A stretch of DNA of 64,000 bases from Pseudomonadota bacterium (lineage in GTDB: Bacteria; Pseudomonadota; Alphaproteobacteria; MPNO01; UBA2964): NCBI GenBank assembly GCA_036339375.1, contig JAYZBC010000078.1:2167-66166 (forward strand), written 5' to 3'. The notes under the pieces were generated by a model. It had not been told where the DNA came from. It made no database searches and was given only the letters and a program-made list of their open reading frames with translations. Positions within the stretch are counted from its first letter, which is position 1, and every line of letters begins with the position of its first letter. Positions 51,380-61,745 of this stretch are shown here, in pieces. The position numbers and the translations under genes were made by a program.

Positions 51380-52252
51380 ATGGCGACAAGAGTACAACAA
51401 CATAGTGAAATAAAAATAAAAAAACTTCACCCGAAAATTGGTGCGGAAGTCACTGGGTTTGACCTCCGTTTGCCACTTGACGATGAAATTATTCAGATAA
51501 TAAAAGAAGCGTGGTACAAACACACAGTATTGTTATTCCGTAACCAACAGCTTTCCGAGGACGAACAACTTCGCTTTGCATCTTTATTTGGTCCAATCGC
51601 TGATCGTGTACAACCTCCACGAAACAAAAATTATAGTGATGCCGCCGATTGGGGGAAATTAATGTTGGTGACAGATCACGTTAGTGAAGATGGAAAACCT
51701 CTCGGATCCCTTGGCCATGGGGAAATGACTTTTCATACAGACAAATGCTATAGAGAACGACCTCATCACGCTTCGTTTTTATATGGTATCGAAATCCCCG
51801 ATACGGGTGGAAATACAAAATTCGCTAGCCTTTACGCAGCCTATAACTCTATGCCACAAAATTTAAAAAAACGCCTAAAAAATGCATTTGTAATGCAGGG
51901 ACACCAATACGGAGGATATGGTCGTTTGGATTTGGACGTTGATTTAGCTGACATACATCATTTTAGACAACCAATGATTGTCAAAAATCCTGGTTCTGGT
52001 ATGCCCGCACTTTATATTTCTCGCTTAAATACAATGTGGATTGAGGGTTTTGATAGAGGGGAAAGTGAAGCTCTGCTTGAGCCATTGTTTGACCTCACGG
52101 AAGACCCCAAGAACATGTATGAACATGTTTGGAGACAAGGTGATTTACTAATGTGGGACAATTTAGCTTGTTTACACGCTCGCACAGATTGGCCTAAGGA
52201 CCAGAAAAGGGCATTGCGACGTTGCACGACAGAAGGGGAACGCCTTTGGTAA
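51380..52252 (+). CDS. TauD/TfdA family Fe(II)/2-oxoglutarate-dependent dioxygenase
   Basis: Has the HTD facial triad and a C-terminal His and Arg. Confidence 0.75.
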   Translation: MATRVQQHSEIKIKKLHPKIGAEVTGFDLRLPLDDEIIQIIKEAWYKHTVLLFRNQQLSEDEQLRFASLFGPIADRVQPPRNKNYSDAADWGKLMLVTDHVSEDGKPLGSLGHGEMTFHTDKCYRERPHHASFLYGIEIPDTGGNTKFASLYAAYNSMPQNLKKRLKNAFVMQGHQYGGYGRLDLDVDLADIHHFRQPMIVKNPGSGMPALYISRLNTMWIEGFDRGESEALLEPLFDLTEDPKNMYEHVWRQGDLLMWDNLACLHARTDWPKDQKRALRRCTTEGERLW

Positions 52253-52280
52253 AAAATTAATAACTAAAGTTGAGGTCTTT

Positions 52281-53093
52281 TCACGTTATGTCTAATTTAC
52301 GAAATGCTTGCACGTCAGAACGACAAGCGGCGATCAATGTAAAAATATCTGCACCCCCGAGAATAAATCGAGCTCCCATATTAACAATTTTTTGTAGCAA
52401 TTCCGGGTAATTGTGGATGCTAATACCACCAATTGCTAAATGCTTATTATTTTTTTTGCAAGCTTCAGCTGTTAATTGATACGCATTAATCACATCAACG
52501 TGATCAAGCTGTCCATGGATACCCATCGTTGCACACAAGTCATTAGTACCAATCATTACCTGATCAATACCCTCCACCGACGCAATGGCGTCAACATTTT
52601 TTATTGCCTCTGGTGTCTCCAACATAACGGTTAACAGAGTGTTTTCGTTCAGGAGTGATGTAGACTCTGTGGCGGGCATGCCCATGTACCCCAGTTGTGG
52701 CATAAGACCAGAGACAGAGCGATGGCCGATCGGCGGGAACTTACAATTTAGAACGCATTTTCTTGCCTGATCTACAGTGTCAACGTGGGGTACAATCACG
52801 CCCATTGCACCGCAATCGAGTACTCGGGCAGCATGATGATGTTCGTGCCCAGGCACCCGGACAAGGGGCGTGACGCCAGCATCCAGCGCAGCTGTACAAA
52901 TTTGTGAGGCACTTTCGGTAGTAATTGGGCTGTGCTCCATGTCCACAAACAAAGCATCGAAGCCTGCAGCTCGTGCTATCCTGGCGATATCAGCAGTCCG
53001 GCCAAGCCGCACACCCATACACAATACCAAATTTCCTGATTCAAGCCTTAGCTTTGCGTGATTTGGAATAGGGCCGTATGGATCTTCATTCAT
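52281..53093 (-). CDS. HpcH/HpaI aldolase family protein
   Basis: A 270-aa protein with a (beta/alpha)8 HpcH pattern and a metal-binding Glu/Asp. Confidence 0.7.
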   Translation of the reverse strand: MNEDPYGPIPNHAKLRLESGNLVLCMGVRLGRTADIARIARAAGFDALFVDMEHSPITTESASQICTAALDAGVTPLVRVPGHEHHHAARVLDCGAMGVIVPHVDTVDQARKCVLNCKFPPIGHRSVSGLMPQLGYMGMPATESTSLLNENTLLTVMLETPEAIKNVDAIASVEGIDQVMIGTNDLCATMGIHGQLDHVDVINAYQLTAEACKKNNKHLAIGGISIHNYPELLQKIVNMGARFILGGADIFTLIAACRSDVQAFRKLDIT

Positions 53094-53202
53094 TCTTTTT
53101 TCCTAATTTGTAAATTCAAAATCTGTAAATAATTTCAAAATGAGCAAGTTTACATCAAATTTAGTAAAAAACGAGGTTGATGATACCAATTAACATAAAT
53201 TA

Positions 53203-54678
53203 CTATTTTCTATTTGGCTTTCCCACAAAACCTTTCCCGAAACCGCCCTCATGAGCCGCCCACCCGCCAGCAACTCTCCCACTAAAAATCGATGGCCCAA
53301 GCATAGTCCCCTCCAAACCAGCCCGACCATTAATATGGCCGCCGGCCATTCCTGTTGCCTCTCCAGCGGCGTAAAGCCCTTTAATTGTTTCAAAATGTTT
53401 ATTGAGTACGCGACATTTTATATCTGTTTTTATGCCCCCAAAATTTTTGCGCGCTAAGGGGAAAATTTGGACAGCGAAATATGGGGGCGCATCAAATTTT
53501 TTAGAAAATTTAAGAGGTTTGTTGAATTTTGGTTCCCTTTCAAGACTTTGATCAAAAGCTTGGTTATAACGTTTCACAGTATTGAGAAACGTTTCCGGAT
53601 CGACATCAATTTTTTCAGCAAGGCTTTCTAATGTATCAGCTTTTTTAATAAAGGGGGAATTCTCCAAAAGCTCTTCCACCTTTTTCCGATCGACCTTGTC
53701 ACCAGACCGGTAATAGGGATCAGCAATTTCCATTGTAGTCGTCATGGGTGTGTCCAAAATCGCCCATGCATGGCGTGGGTTCTGCGCCATTAAGGCAGGG
53801 CTTGCAGAATTTCCACCTGATTGAGCTTCATTGTGAAAACGACTGCCCTGTTGGTTCACCCATATGTAACCTGGTGCTTGTCGAAATACCAACCCGCGTC
53901 TTTGCGCAGGGTCCTTATAATCCGGCGTAGCATAAACATAAAACCAAATGTGATCCATATGTGTTAGATAGCCACCAACTTCTTGAACAAGTTTGTGGCC
54001 AGATCCAGTCGATCCGCGTCCCGACCCTTCCAGAATTCTATCGTTTTTGAGATTAGGGTTAAATTCGAGAACCATGTCTAAATTAGAATTAAACCCACCT
54101 GTTGTAACTACAACAACACGGCTTAAAACATCAACGCTCTCTTTGGTTCGAATGTTTATGCCTTCAAAACCCAACACACGGTTATTTTTGACTTTAATTT
54201 TCGTGATTTCAGTGTCAGAAACAATTTCTCCCTCCTTGTCACGAAATGCATCAATTAGACGTGACGTAATTCCGAGCCCACTTTGTTCCGGGCGAGTCCA
54301 ACGAATTACAGAATTTCCCTCTTGGGGTTTCATATCAGCCCATTTAACCCCAAGACTTTCAGCCCAAAAATAAAGATCATGGAGCGAATGCTCTATGTAG
54401 TATCTCGCCCAAACTTGGTCGACAGAAGGTCCACCCCATTTGACCCAGTCTTTGAATGCTAAATCCGGAGTGTCTTTTATATTATTTTTCTTTTGTATGG
54501 GTGTCCCAACAATCAAACACCCACCACCTGAAATAATTGCTGCACCCCCTGGTTCTGGGGCCTTTTCAAACGAAACAACACGCGCACCCGCATCGCGCGC
54601 CTCAATTCCAGCTGCCATACCGGCGCCGCCAGAACCAATAATTGCAACATCAGTTTCAAAAGTTTTAACTTCAGGCAA
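53203..54678 (-). CDS. FAD-dependent oxidoreductase (FAD_binding_2; fumarate-reductase/KstD-like flavoprotein)
   Basis: Has the VAIIGSGGAGMAAGIEA dinucleotide motif and a C-terminal GLYAAGE motif. Confidence 0.75.
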   Translation of the reverse strand: MPEVKTFETDVAIIGSGGAGMAAGIEARDAGARVVSFEKAPEPGGAAIISGGGCLIVGTPIQKKNNIKDTPDLAFKDWVKWGGPSVDQVWARYYIEHSLHDLYFWAESLGVKWADMKPQEGNSVIRWTRPEQSGLGITSRLIDAFRDKEGEIVSDTEITKIKVKNNRVLGFEGINIRTKESVDVLSRVVVVTTGGFNSNLDMVLEFNPNLKNDRILEGSGRGSTGSGHKLVQEVGGYLTHMDHIWFYVYATPDYKDPAQRRGLVFRQAPGYIWVNQQGSRFHNEAQSGGNSASPALMAQNPRHAWAILDTPMTTTMEIADPYYRSGDKVDRKKVEELLENSPFIKKADTLESLAEKIDVDPETFLNTVKRYNQAFDQSLEREPKFNKPLKFSKKFDAPPYFAVQIFPLARKNFGGIKTDIKCRVLNKHFETIKGLYAAGEATGMAGGHINGRAGLEGTMLGPSIFSGRVAGGWAAHEGGFGKGFVGKPNRK

Positions 54679-54735
54679 GGTTCGATCCCCCTTCTATGAG
54701 TTAATTGCAACTCGAGATTTTCCAATAACATTGGG

Positions 54736-55245
54736 CTATAGCCAAACTTGCATTACATAATCAAAAGGTCCCTCTACGTTCACCAGATCAACCCTTTGCA
54801 ACTGAATTTTATACCCCGAATTGGTTTTTTTTAATGTATGAGTATATTTACCACCAAAATACCTTTGATTATCCAACCGGTATTCTAGCATGTGAAAACG
54901 GGAGGAAACCAAAAGTTCACCTTTAGACTTTTCTTCTTTTTGGATGATCACATTTGAAACAACATGGCTCGTTCGATGACCTGCAGCTTGAGAGTGAGCG
55001 TAGGGATGTTCAACACGACGTATCCGCATATTCATTAAATGGTAATCTTCATAAAAAATATTTGGCTGGCCTTCACCTATTTCTTGTTTGCTCGAAGCCG
55101 GCATCCAATAGAGACCATCTTCAGTGAATAGGTTAAGCCATTCCTCCCACCGTCTCTCGTCGAGAACTTCGGCCTGAAAATAGAGAAAATTTTCTACTTC
55201 CCGCTGAGTATCATTGGAAGAAGTTAAATTTTTATTCTTTGGCAT
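54736..55245 (-). CDS. Ring-hydroxylating oxygenase beta subunit
   Basis: A 169-aa SnoaL-like protein lying directly downstream of a Rieske alpha subunit. Confidence 0.7.
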   Translation of the reverse strand: MPKNKNLTSSNDTQREVENFLYFQAEVLDERRWEEWLNLFTEDGLYWMPASSKQEIGEGQPNIFYEDYHLMNMRIRRVEHPYAHSQAAGHRTSHVVSNVIIQKEEKSKGELLVSSRFHMLEYRLDNQRYFGGKYTHTLKKTNSGYKIQLQRVDLVNVEGPFDYVMQVWL

Positions 55246-55269
55246 GATGCCGTTTTTTCCTTGCGTTGG

Positions 55270-56598
55270 TTATGCTGACATATAATTTTTCCAAGCAGCA
55301 AACATGTTTCTCATTGGTTGTTCACTCATCCCGGATACAGAGGTCGTTATACCCTCTTTTACGGGGTCCTGACCGTAGTTTCGATGGAAACTCACCCAAT
55401 CCCCGCCTCCTTCTAAAGATAAACCATCCTGACACGCCCGGAAATTACTTAGATCGTCAGCATTCACCATCGTCGATGGGGAATTCACATGATAGTAATA
55501 AGCGAGAGATCGTTCATAAACACCTTTAGGGGCGCCTTTAAGTTTAAAATGCCAAATTTCAGTAAGTGTTTTGTTCGCTGCAAGAGGACGAACCGCCCGA
55601 AGTTGCTGTAAAGGAGGTTGAACCGATAGACATGGATACACCAAAACGTGATGAATATTTGTCGAAAGAATTTCTTCCATCCTTTCCTCACCATAGGCAT
55701 CTATCAAAACATTTTCGTGGGCGACCGTTACAGGATCTCGAGGTCGCAAGCCCATGTAGCCGGCCAAAACATTATGGCCCTTAGGGTATCCAATGGTATC
55801 AAGGGCATCCCATTTTTCATAAGGTAGTGAGAAATCTGCTAAAAACTGATAGCCAATGGGGGGGTCTTCACCAGTTTTTTGTTTAAAAATTTTCTGTTCT
55901 TGTGCTGCTGCATCACCAGTGGAATGGTGGGTAATTGACGGGTGTACTGCGTCCAATTGGTTTTCCAGAAAAATCTTCCAATTTGAATGTTGAATTATTC
56001 GAAAACAATTCATAACAATTTCGCATTCCCCTTTTGGAGAACGATTGCAAATGTCATCAAAAGCCGATTTTGCGCCCTTTCCAAGCCACTCTTCCAAGCT
56101 TTCTCCCTCAACAGATAAACTTGCAAAAACAAACCCTCGGTAAGTTTCCTGCCTTTCAGCACGTTTCATTTGAAGCTCGGGATCCGTTAAATCGACAATG
56201 CCTTCATAACCTTTTTTCATAGGAACGTTACGTAAGCTACCATCCAAATTAAATTGCCACGCATGGTAGGGACAACGAAATGCCTTAGAAATGCTGCCAT
56301 GTAGATTATTGCAAATCAGTGTGCCTCTATGGGGACATCGGTTATACAGGACATGAACCTGCTCATCTTCGCTTCGACATAAAATCACACGTTCCTTCCC
56401 AATCCAAGTTGTCCAATAATCCCCCGGATTGGGTACCTGGCTTTCATGCCCAACATAAATCCACGATTTGTAAAATATTTTTTCGAGTTCTTTTTCAAAC
56501 ACCTGTTCATCCGCATAGCAGGCCTTGTGCACGCGTTCCGGTTCCACTAACGAACCAAGGTTACCGTAATCATCTAAAGGCATGTGTCCCTCCGACAA
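55270..56598 (-). CDS. Rieske non-heme iron ring-hydroxylating oxygenase, alpha subunit
   Basis: Has the CPHRG..CPYHAW Rieske motif and a 442-aa catalytic domain. Confidence 0.8.
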   Translation of the reverse strand: MSEGHMPLDDYGNLGSLVEPERVHKACYADEQVFEKELEKIFYKSWIYVGHESQVPNPGDYWTTWIGKERVILCRSEDEQVHVLYNRCPHRGTLICNNLHGSISKAFRCPYHAWQFNLDGSLRNVPMKKGYEGIVDLTDPELQMKRAERQETYRGFVFASLSVEGESLEEWLGKGAKSAFDDICNRSPKGECEIVMNCFRIIQHSNWKIFLENQLDAVHPSITHHSTGDAAAQEQKIFKQKTGEDPPIGYQFLADFSLPYEKWDALDTIGYPKGHNVLAGYMGLRPRDPVTVAHENVLIDAYGEERMEEILSTNIHHVLVYPCLSVQPPLQQLRAVRPLAANKTLTEIWHFKLKGAPKGVYERSLAYYYHVNSPSTMVNADDLSNFRACQDGLSLEGGGDWVSFHRNYGQDPVKEGITTSVSGMSEQPMRNMFAAWKNYMSA

Positions 56599-56676
56599 AA
56601 ACTTATAAATTTAGTTTTCAGTTTATAATATAAAAGAATTTTGAAAAAAATAGATGTTGGGTTAGATAAAACTTAC

Positions 56677-58041
56677 TTAATTTTCGCGTGCAGCCTCATG
56701 TATTTCGGGATGACGCAACATATAAACAGCCATACACAACAGCATAGCCGTAGCGATAACACCTATTGCATAAAAAGCACCTTCAAGTCCAATCCATTCC
56801 GCTATAGCACCCATAGTGATAGGCGCACCTATCGACGTTATGCGGTTTGCGGTCGCGCGCAGTCCTACTGCCTTGCCTTGGGCTTCGGGACCGGCTGTCG
56901 TAAGAACCAGTGATATTACTAAAGGCTGCTGTATGCCATTGAAGGCAGCCCTCATCAAAAGCACCAGTGCAAAAACGAAAAACAATGCTCCCAAGGGTGT
57001 GACCAAAAACAAATCTTGAACCGAATTGAAGTTGGAAAGGACTTGAAAAATCGGTGTTGTAACGGCGTCTCGGCTTATAAGGGGGGTAATACAAATCAAC
57101 AAAATGCCAACCCAAACTACAAACCAGAAAAGCCAATAGGGAGAGAAATAGCGCCTAAAACGAGCGGCTAGCAATGATCCACCCGCCGCCCCGATAGAAG
57201 CAATAGAAATGAGAAAACCAATCATCGTTCCGGTTATACCGGATTGTTCCAGCCAAACCACATAGAATGTACTCTGAACATAATTTCCAACGTGTGGCAT
57301 CATCCCAACCATCACTGTGGCGGCAACAGCGGGTAAGGCCAACAACCTGAACGCACTGATATAATCTTCCCGAGCAGGAAGAATATCACGCCAGCTTATG
57401 CGCCTTATCTCTTCTTCTGAACCATTTTTATTTAAATCTCCTTGCTGAGTTCGTGAGGGTAAAAGTAGGGCGCAGACCAAAAAGCCAGTATTCCAAACGC
57501 TCATAAGGCCGAAAGCTGCCCAGGCACCCCATTTGTCCCATGCAATCCCCACCATGATGGGCGCTATAGCATGTCCAATGCGAATGACCGCTGATAAGCG
57601 TCCGGTATACTTTGTACGCCCTTTCATATGTTGTCCAATTAAGGTCTGAGCACCTAGCCATCCCATGGAATCGGCAAGCCCCGCCAACATTTGTGCAACA
57701 ACGAGTATACCAATCCACCCTATTGCAGGTGCAACCGGATACATTAAAGGCGCAAGTATCCCAATTATACCGAAAAAGATCATGACCCGCCGACCTCCGA
57801 TTCGATCCATAAGGGAGCCCGCATGGATGGCTAAAAATAGAGATAAAACAGGGCGGCAACCCAAAACCACACCTATCCAAAAATAAGAAAGATTTAAGGC
57901 ATTCACAAAAACCGGCACAACCACTACCATCATGTAATAAACAGAAGTGGAAAACAAACCAATGCCATAAACTGCACCTTGGATGCTCCACGCAACAGAA
58001 AAGTCTTCCACGGGCGATGATTTTTTGGCGAAGTTATTCAC
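56677..58041 (-). CDS. MFS transporter (MFS_1-type; distinct from the EntS-like paralogs)
   Basis: A 454-aa protein with about 12 TM segments. Confidence 0.65.
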   Translation of the reverse strand: MNNFAKKSSPVEDFSVAWSIQGAVYGIGLFSTSVYYMMVVVVPVFVNALNLSYFWIGVVLGCRPVLSLFLAIHAGSLMDRIGGRRVMIFFGIIGILAPLMYPVAPAIGWIGILVVAQMLAGLADSMGWLGAQTLIGQHMKGRTKYTGRLSAVIRIGHAIAPIMVGIAWDKWGAWAAFGLMSVWNTGFLVCALLLPSRTQQGDLNKNGSEEEIRRISWRDILPAREDYISAFRLLALPAVAATVMVGMMPHVGNYVQSTFYVVWLEQSGITGTMIGFLISIASIGAAGGSLLAARFRRYFSPYWLFWFVVWVGILLICITPLISRDAVTTPIFQVLSNFNSVQDLFLVTPLGALFFVFALVLLMRAAFNGIQQPLVISLVLTTAGPEAQGKAVGLRATANRITSIGAPITMGAIAEWIGLEGAFYAIGVIATAMLLCMAVYMLRHPEIHEAAREN

Positions 58042-58097
58042 AGTTAAACTTAAACGATTTGATTAATTTCGTAGAAACAGCGTCAGGTTTGTCAAAA

Positions 58098-58138
58098 TGG
58101 ATACCCCATAAAAATGATTTTGGAAACAAGGGTATCCA
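58098..58138. promoter_or_regulatory. Perfect 9-bp inverted repeat TGGATACCC-N23-GGGTATCCA upstream of the MFS gene, in a divergent intergenic region
   Basis: Both arms were read directly. The repeat lies 57-97 nt upstream of the MFS start at 58041. Confidence 0.4.
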
Positions 58139-58353
58139 GCTGATATAACATTTGTGGGTCGATAATGTTTCATTTGAAAAACCGAAGAAACGAAAGTTAA
58201 AATCGAAAAGGTAGAAAAAATTCAATAATCTATATTTATCGTTTACCATAATGCCTTTATTAAGCTATTGCATATTTGTTTCACAACCATGCTAAACTCA
58301 ATTTAAAAATAAAATTTGTTTGTCTGTTCAAACGTTCGTAAAGGAGAAAAAAG

Positions 58354-59457
58354 ATGAATGAAACGACAGGAACGTCAAAAATCGTCGATGCTGATGCCCA
58401 TGTAGTAGAATGCGATCGTACTTGGGATTATCTGGAAGGCTCCGAACAAAAATACAGACCCATACCTTTAGAATCTCCGGAAGAGGATGGTATGCAGCTT
58501 CAGTTCTGGCTAATTGATGGAAAAGTTAAGGGTTTTCGTTTTCCTTCCTTTTCTGACGAGGAGCTGGAACGACGATCAAAACAGGTTGGACGAAAGTTTG
58601 CAGATGCTAAAGAAGCTCGAGAGCTCGGTGATGTGGCTCTCCGGTTGGACCATATGGATGAAACCGGTGTAGATGTTCAAGTCCTGCACAACACCATGTT
58701 CATCGTCGATGTCACCGAGCGTCCTGCCGTAGAAGTCGCTCTCTGCGGAAGCTGGAACAGATGGCTTGCAGATATTTGGGCTCAGGCTAAGGGAAGACTC
58801 CGTTGGTCTTGTATGGTCCCCACCTTAAGTATAACCGATGCAATTGACCAAATTCAATTTTCCAAAGAGCATGGGGCTTGTGCAGTTTTGATGCGCCCTA
58901 TAGAGGGAAATAGGCTTTTGGCTGATCCTTATTTTTATCCAATTTATGATGAAGCGAGCCGTCTGAATATGCCAATTGCGGTTCATATAGCAAACGGAAG
59001 TGCTTGGCTCAACGATCTGTATAATCACCCTATCGGGGTTGCAGGTACTCTGCATCGTTTTCGTATTCCCACTGTGGCTGCTTTCAATGATGTATTGCTT
59101 AGTGAAATTCCTCAAGTGTTTCCAGATTTGCGCTGGGGTTTCATTGAGGCAAGTTCACAGTGGTTACCTTGGGTTATCCATGAAGCAAAGAAGCGTTATC
59201 GAACACTTGAACGGGAATGGCCAGAAAATGTAATGAAAAAGCATGGAATGTTTGTGACATGCGAGAATTCAGATGATTTGCCCTACGTTGTTGAGGAGGC
59301 CGGTGAAGATTGCTTAGTAATTGGGACAGATTATGGCCATACCGATACATCAAGTGACATAGATGCCATCAAAATTTTCTCGGAACGTGACGACTTGACA
59401 ACAACAGTCAAACAAAAAATTTTAAGTGATAATTCGTGTAGGCTATACGGCTTATAA
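58354..59457 (+). CDS. Amidohydrolase_2 family protein (metal-dependent hydrolase/decarboxylase)
   Basis: Starts VDADAHV and has a C-terminal GTDYGH motif. Confidence 0.65.
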   Translation: MNETTGTSKIVDADAHVVECDRTWDYLEGSEQKYRPIPLESPEEDGMQLQFWLIDGKVKGFRFPSFSDEELERRSKQVGRKFADAKEARELGDVALRLDHMDETGVDVQVLHNTMFIVDVTERPAVEVALCGSWNRWLADIWAQAKGRLRWSCMVPTLSITDAIDQIQFSKEHGACAVLMRPIEGNRLLADPYFYPIYDEASRLNMPIAVHIANGSAWLNDLYNHPIGVAGTLHRFRIPTVAAFNDVLLSEIPQVFPDLRWGFIEASSQWLPWVIHEAKKRYRTLEREWPENVMKKHGMFVTCENSDDLPYVVEEAGEDCLVIGTDYGHTDTSSDIDAIKIFSERDDLTTTVKQKILSDNSCRLYGL

Positions 59458-59516
59458 TTTCACACCTCACTTTCGATCTGTGAACAGGAAATCAATAGTC
59501 AAAAGAATGGATCATT

Positions 59517-59930
59517 ATGAAGATTAGTGAGGTGCAGGATTTTCTTGTCAATAATCATCGGGGGGTTCTCGTAGCTCGAAAAAAAAATGGATCCCCCCAG
59601 ATTACCTTAGTCACGCCTAGTGTGGATACAGCAGGAAGAGTGGTTATTTCAGCCAGAAAAAATACTTACAAGGTCAAGAACATTTCTCGTGATCCCAGAG
59701 TTTCTTTGCTAGTCATGGGTGAAGAGTTTAGTGGGTCGAAATACTTTCAGATTGAGGGCAGTGCCAAAGTAATCGCGCTTCCAGAGGCCAAGAATTTGTT
59801 GATGGACTTTTATAAACAAACGCTTGGAGATCAAATGAACCTTAAAAAAACTCATAAAAAAATCGTTGATGAAAATAGGGTCCTTATTCGAATTGAGATT
59901 GAGGGTGTTGGCCCACAAAATCTTGGCTAA
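59517..59930 (+). CDS. PNPOx-like split-barrel flavin-binding protein (PPOX class)
   Basis: A 137-aa protein matching the family pattern. No particular cofactor is implied. Confidence 0.5.
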   Translation: MKISEVQDFLVNNHRGVLVARKKNGSPQITLVTPSVDTAGRVVISARKNTYKVKNISRDPRVSLLVMGEEFSGSKYFQIEGSAKVIALPEAKNLLMDFYKQTLGDQMNLKKTHKKIVDENRVLIRIEIEGVGPQNLG

Positions 59931-59963
59931 GGGAACGTCAGGGTCCAAAATAAACAAATAAGA

Positions 59964-60806
59964 TTATGATCTCATCCAAGCTGCACCCCAAAGGTTTAAG
60001 GTCCGCTGTTCGTGGGGCCAAATACTGGGTTCTTGCTCAAATGTCAGGCGTTCAATCTCTGCCGAGATTTCTGGTTTATTTCCATCAGGGTCCTCCACAA
60101 AAATAAAAAGATTATTCCCGGCACCATGACGTCCTGCACCCCAAATTATGGGTATACGAAGTTCAGAAAAATGGTCTCCCCAGTCGCGAATATCGTTCCA
60201 ACACCTACTCTCAAAACAGAAATGATCAAGTCGCGGAGTTTCTGCGCGAAATAAACCCAAGCTATGATGCTCCGGGTCTGACCTCATGAAACAAGCGGTA
60301 GGATTTTTTTCTGCATCAACAACTGTATCGGATTTTCGAAACCCAAGTTGGTTTGTATAAAATCCTATCTGCTCTGGTAAACGATTTGTTGCAAAAACGA
60401 TGTGTTGCAATCGGCCCGGTAATCCTTGAGAAATTTTCTCAGACTTTTCTGTGGACCCAAAAACAAAAACATTTCCGTCGAGGTCTTTTGTTGCAAAAGC
60501 TATATCACCAAACAGGGGGGTTTCGAATTTTTTCACCTTACCCCCGTTGTCCGTAACGTGTGCTTTGATACGGTAAATTTGTTCTTCTTCGGTTACTGCG
60601 AAAGCTGAAAATGCTACTCCACCGTTATAGCCAGGTAAAATAATTAAATTTCGTTCAGCATTTTTTAGGATCCAACCCCCTTCATAAGGTTCTTTGGAGA
60701 CAAAGCCTAACGCTTTGATATACCAGTCAGCCAGCCTGTTCGGATCTTTGCTAGTTAAGGCAAAGTGGTGCATGGTTGCTGGCCAAATTATGCGGTCATT
60801 AGACAA
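59964..60806 (-). CDS. Two-domain VOC family protein (extradiol-dioxygenase/glyoxalase-like)
   Basis: A 280-aa protein with two tandem VOC modules. The start is either a TTG after AGGAG or the downstream ATG (MHHF). Confidence 0.55.
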   Translation of the reverse strand: MSNDRIIWPATMHHFALTSKDPNRLADWYIKALGFVSKEPYEGGWILKNAERNLIILPGYNGGVAFSAFAVTEEEQIYRIKAHVTDNGGKVKKFETPLFGDIAFATKDLDGNVFVFGSTEKSEKISQGLPGRLQHIVFATNRLPEQIGFYTNQLGFRKSDTVVDAEKNPTACFMRSDPEHHSLGLFRAETPRLDHFCFESRCWNDIRDWGDHFSELRIPIIWGAGRHGAGNNLFIFVEDPDGNKPEISAEIERLTFEQEPSIWPHEQRTLNLWGAAWMRS

Positions 60807-60927
60807 AGTGCGCTCCTACTTTATTTATCCCGTTGGACATTTTTTCTTCATCATCGCTCAAATCCTCTTGACTTAAAACTACCAACCAATTTAACCGATG
60901 GCCACAAACAGAAATAATTTTTCAATT

Positions 60928-61269
60928 TTATGGGAGCTCAACCATAATTTCCAAGGCAGCCGTTGCAATGACTGCTTTATCATCAGCTTCTCTGTCATTC
61001 ACATCAAGACCACCCTTTACTGCTGTCACAGAAACCTGGCCAGATGGAATTACAGCCTTGATTTTTTTGTGATCGATAGCGTCAGGTTTCTGGACACCAA
61101 TGGTGACAAATATATTTACATCATCCCATTGAATACCCAAAGAACGGATCATAGACAGTGAGCTATGATGCATCGCATCTTGCATAGCTCGCACTGCCGC
61201 TTTGGTGTAGTCTCCACCGTGAAGATCATTGCCCATACCAATCTCTAGTAGCATACGTTTTAACGACAT
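60928..61269 (-). CDS. Lin0512-family conserved hypothetical protein
   Basis: The EIGMGNDLHGGDYTKAAVRAMQDA motif is characteristic. The ATG follows a GGAG. Confidence 0.5.
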   Translation of the reverse strand: MSLKRMLLEIGMGNDLHGGDYTKAAVRAMQDAMHHSSLSMIRSLGIQWDDVNIFVTIGVQKPDAIDHKKIKAVIPSGQVSVTAVKGGLDVNDREADDKAVIATAALEIMVELP

Positions 61270-61745
61270 TATATTCCCACTCCCTAAAATTCTGTTTAAC
61301 CTCAAAATTTTCTCAATAGTGGTCCTGACATTTTTAAAATTTGGTCTGACTTCGCCAAATAAACAATGCGGCAAAAACAGGTAAATTTTAGTTAGAAGAG
61401 ATATTAAAAATTACTGATTTGTAAAATGAACCCAAACATAATAAGGAACAGGCTCCAACTTATACACCGCACTTCTAAAAACTACAGCAAGATTAAACAA
61501 AGGCTGATAGTAAGTTTTTCATTGAAAAAAAGTTACGTAAAACAAAAAATTGAGAAGTCTTGAGTGTAAGTGATTTTCTTTCAGCATAGTCTATAATGAT
61601 AGCAGGTTGTTTTATGGAACAAATGAATACGAACAAGATGTATCGATTCTATTCGATCAAACCAACGAATTTCCTCCGCTGGTCTCCAGTGGGTTAGAAG
61701 ACTTTTGGTTGATAACGTAGGTATTTTTCCTGAAAAGGACATAAG

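Noticed and set aside
59517-59930. Annotation as an 'F420-dependent' PPOX-class enzyme
   Set aside because: Only the split-barrel fold is recognisable. No F420 biosynthesis genes are present, and the lineage is not expected to make F420. A generic flavin-binding call is safer.
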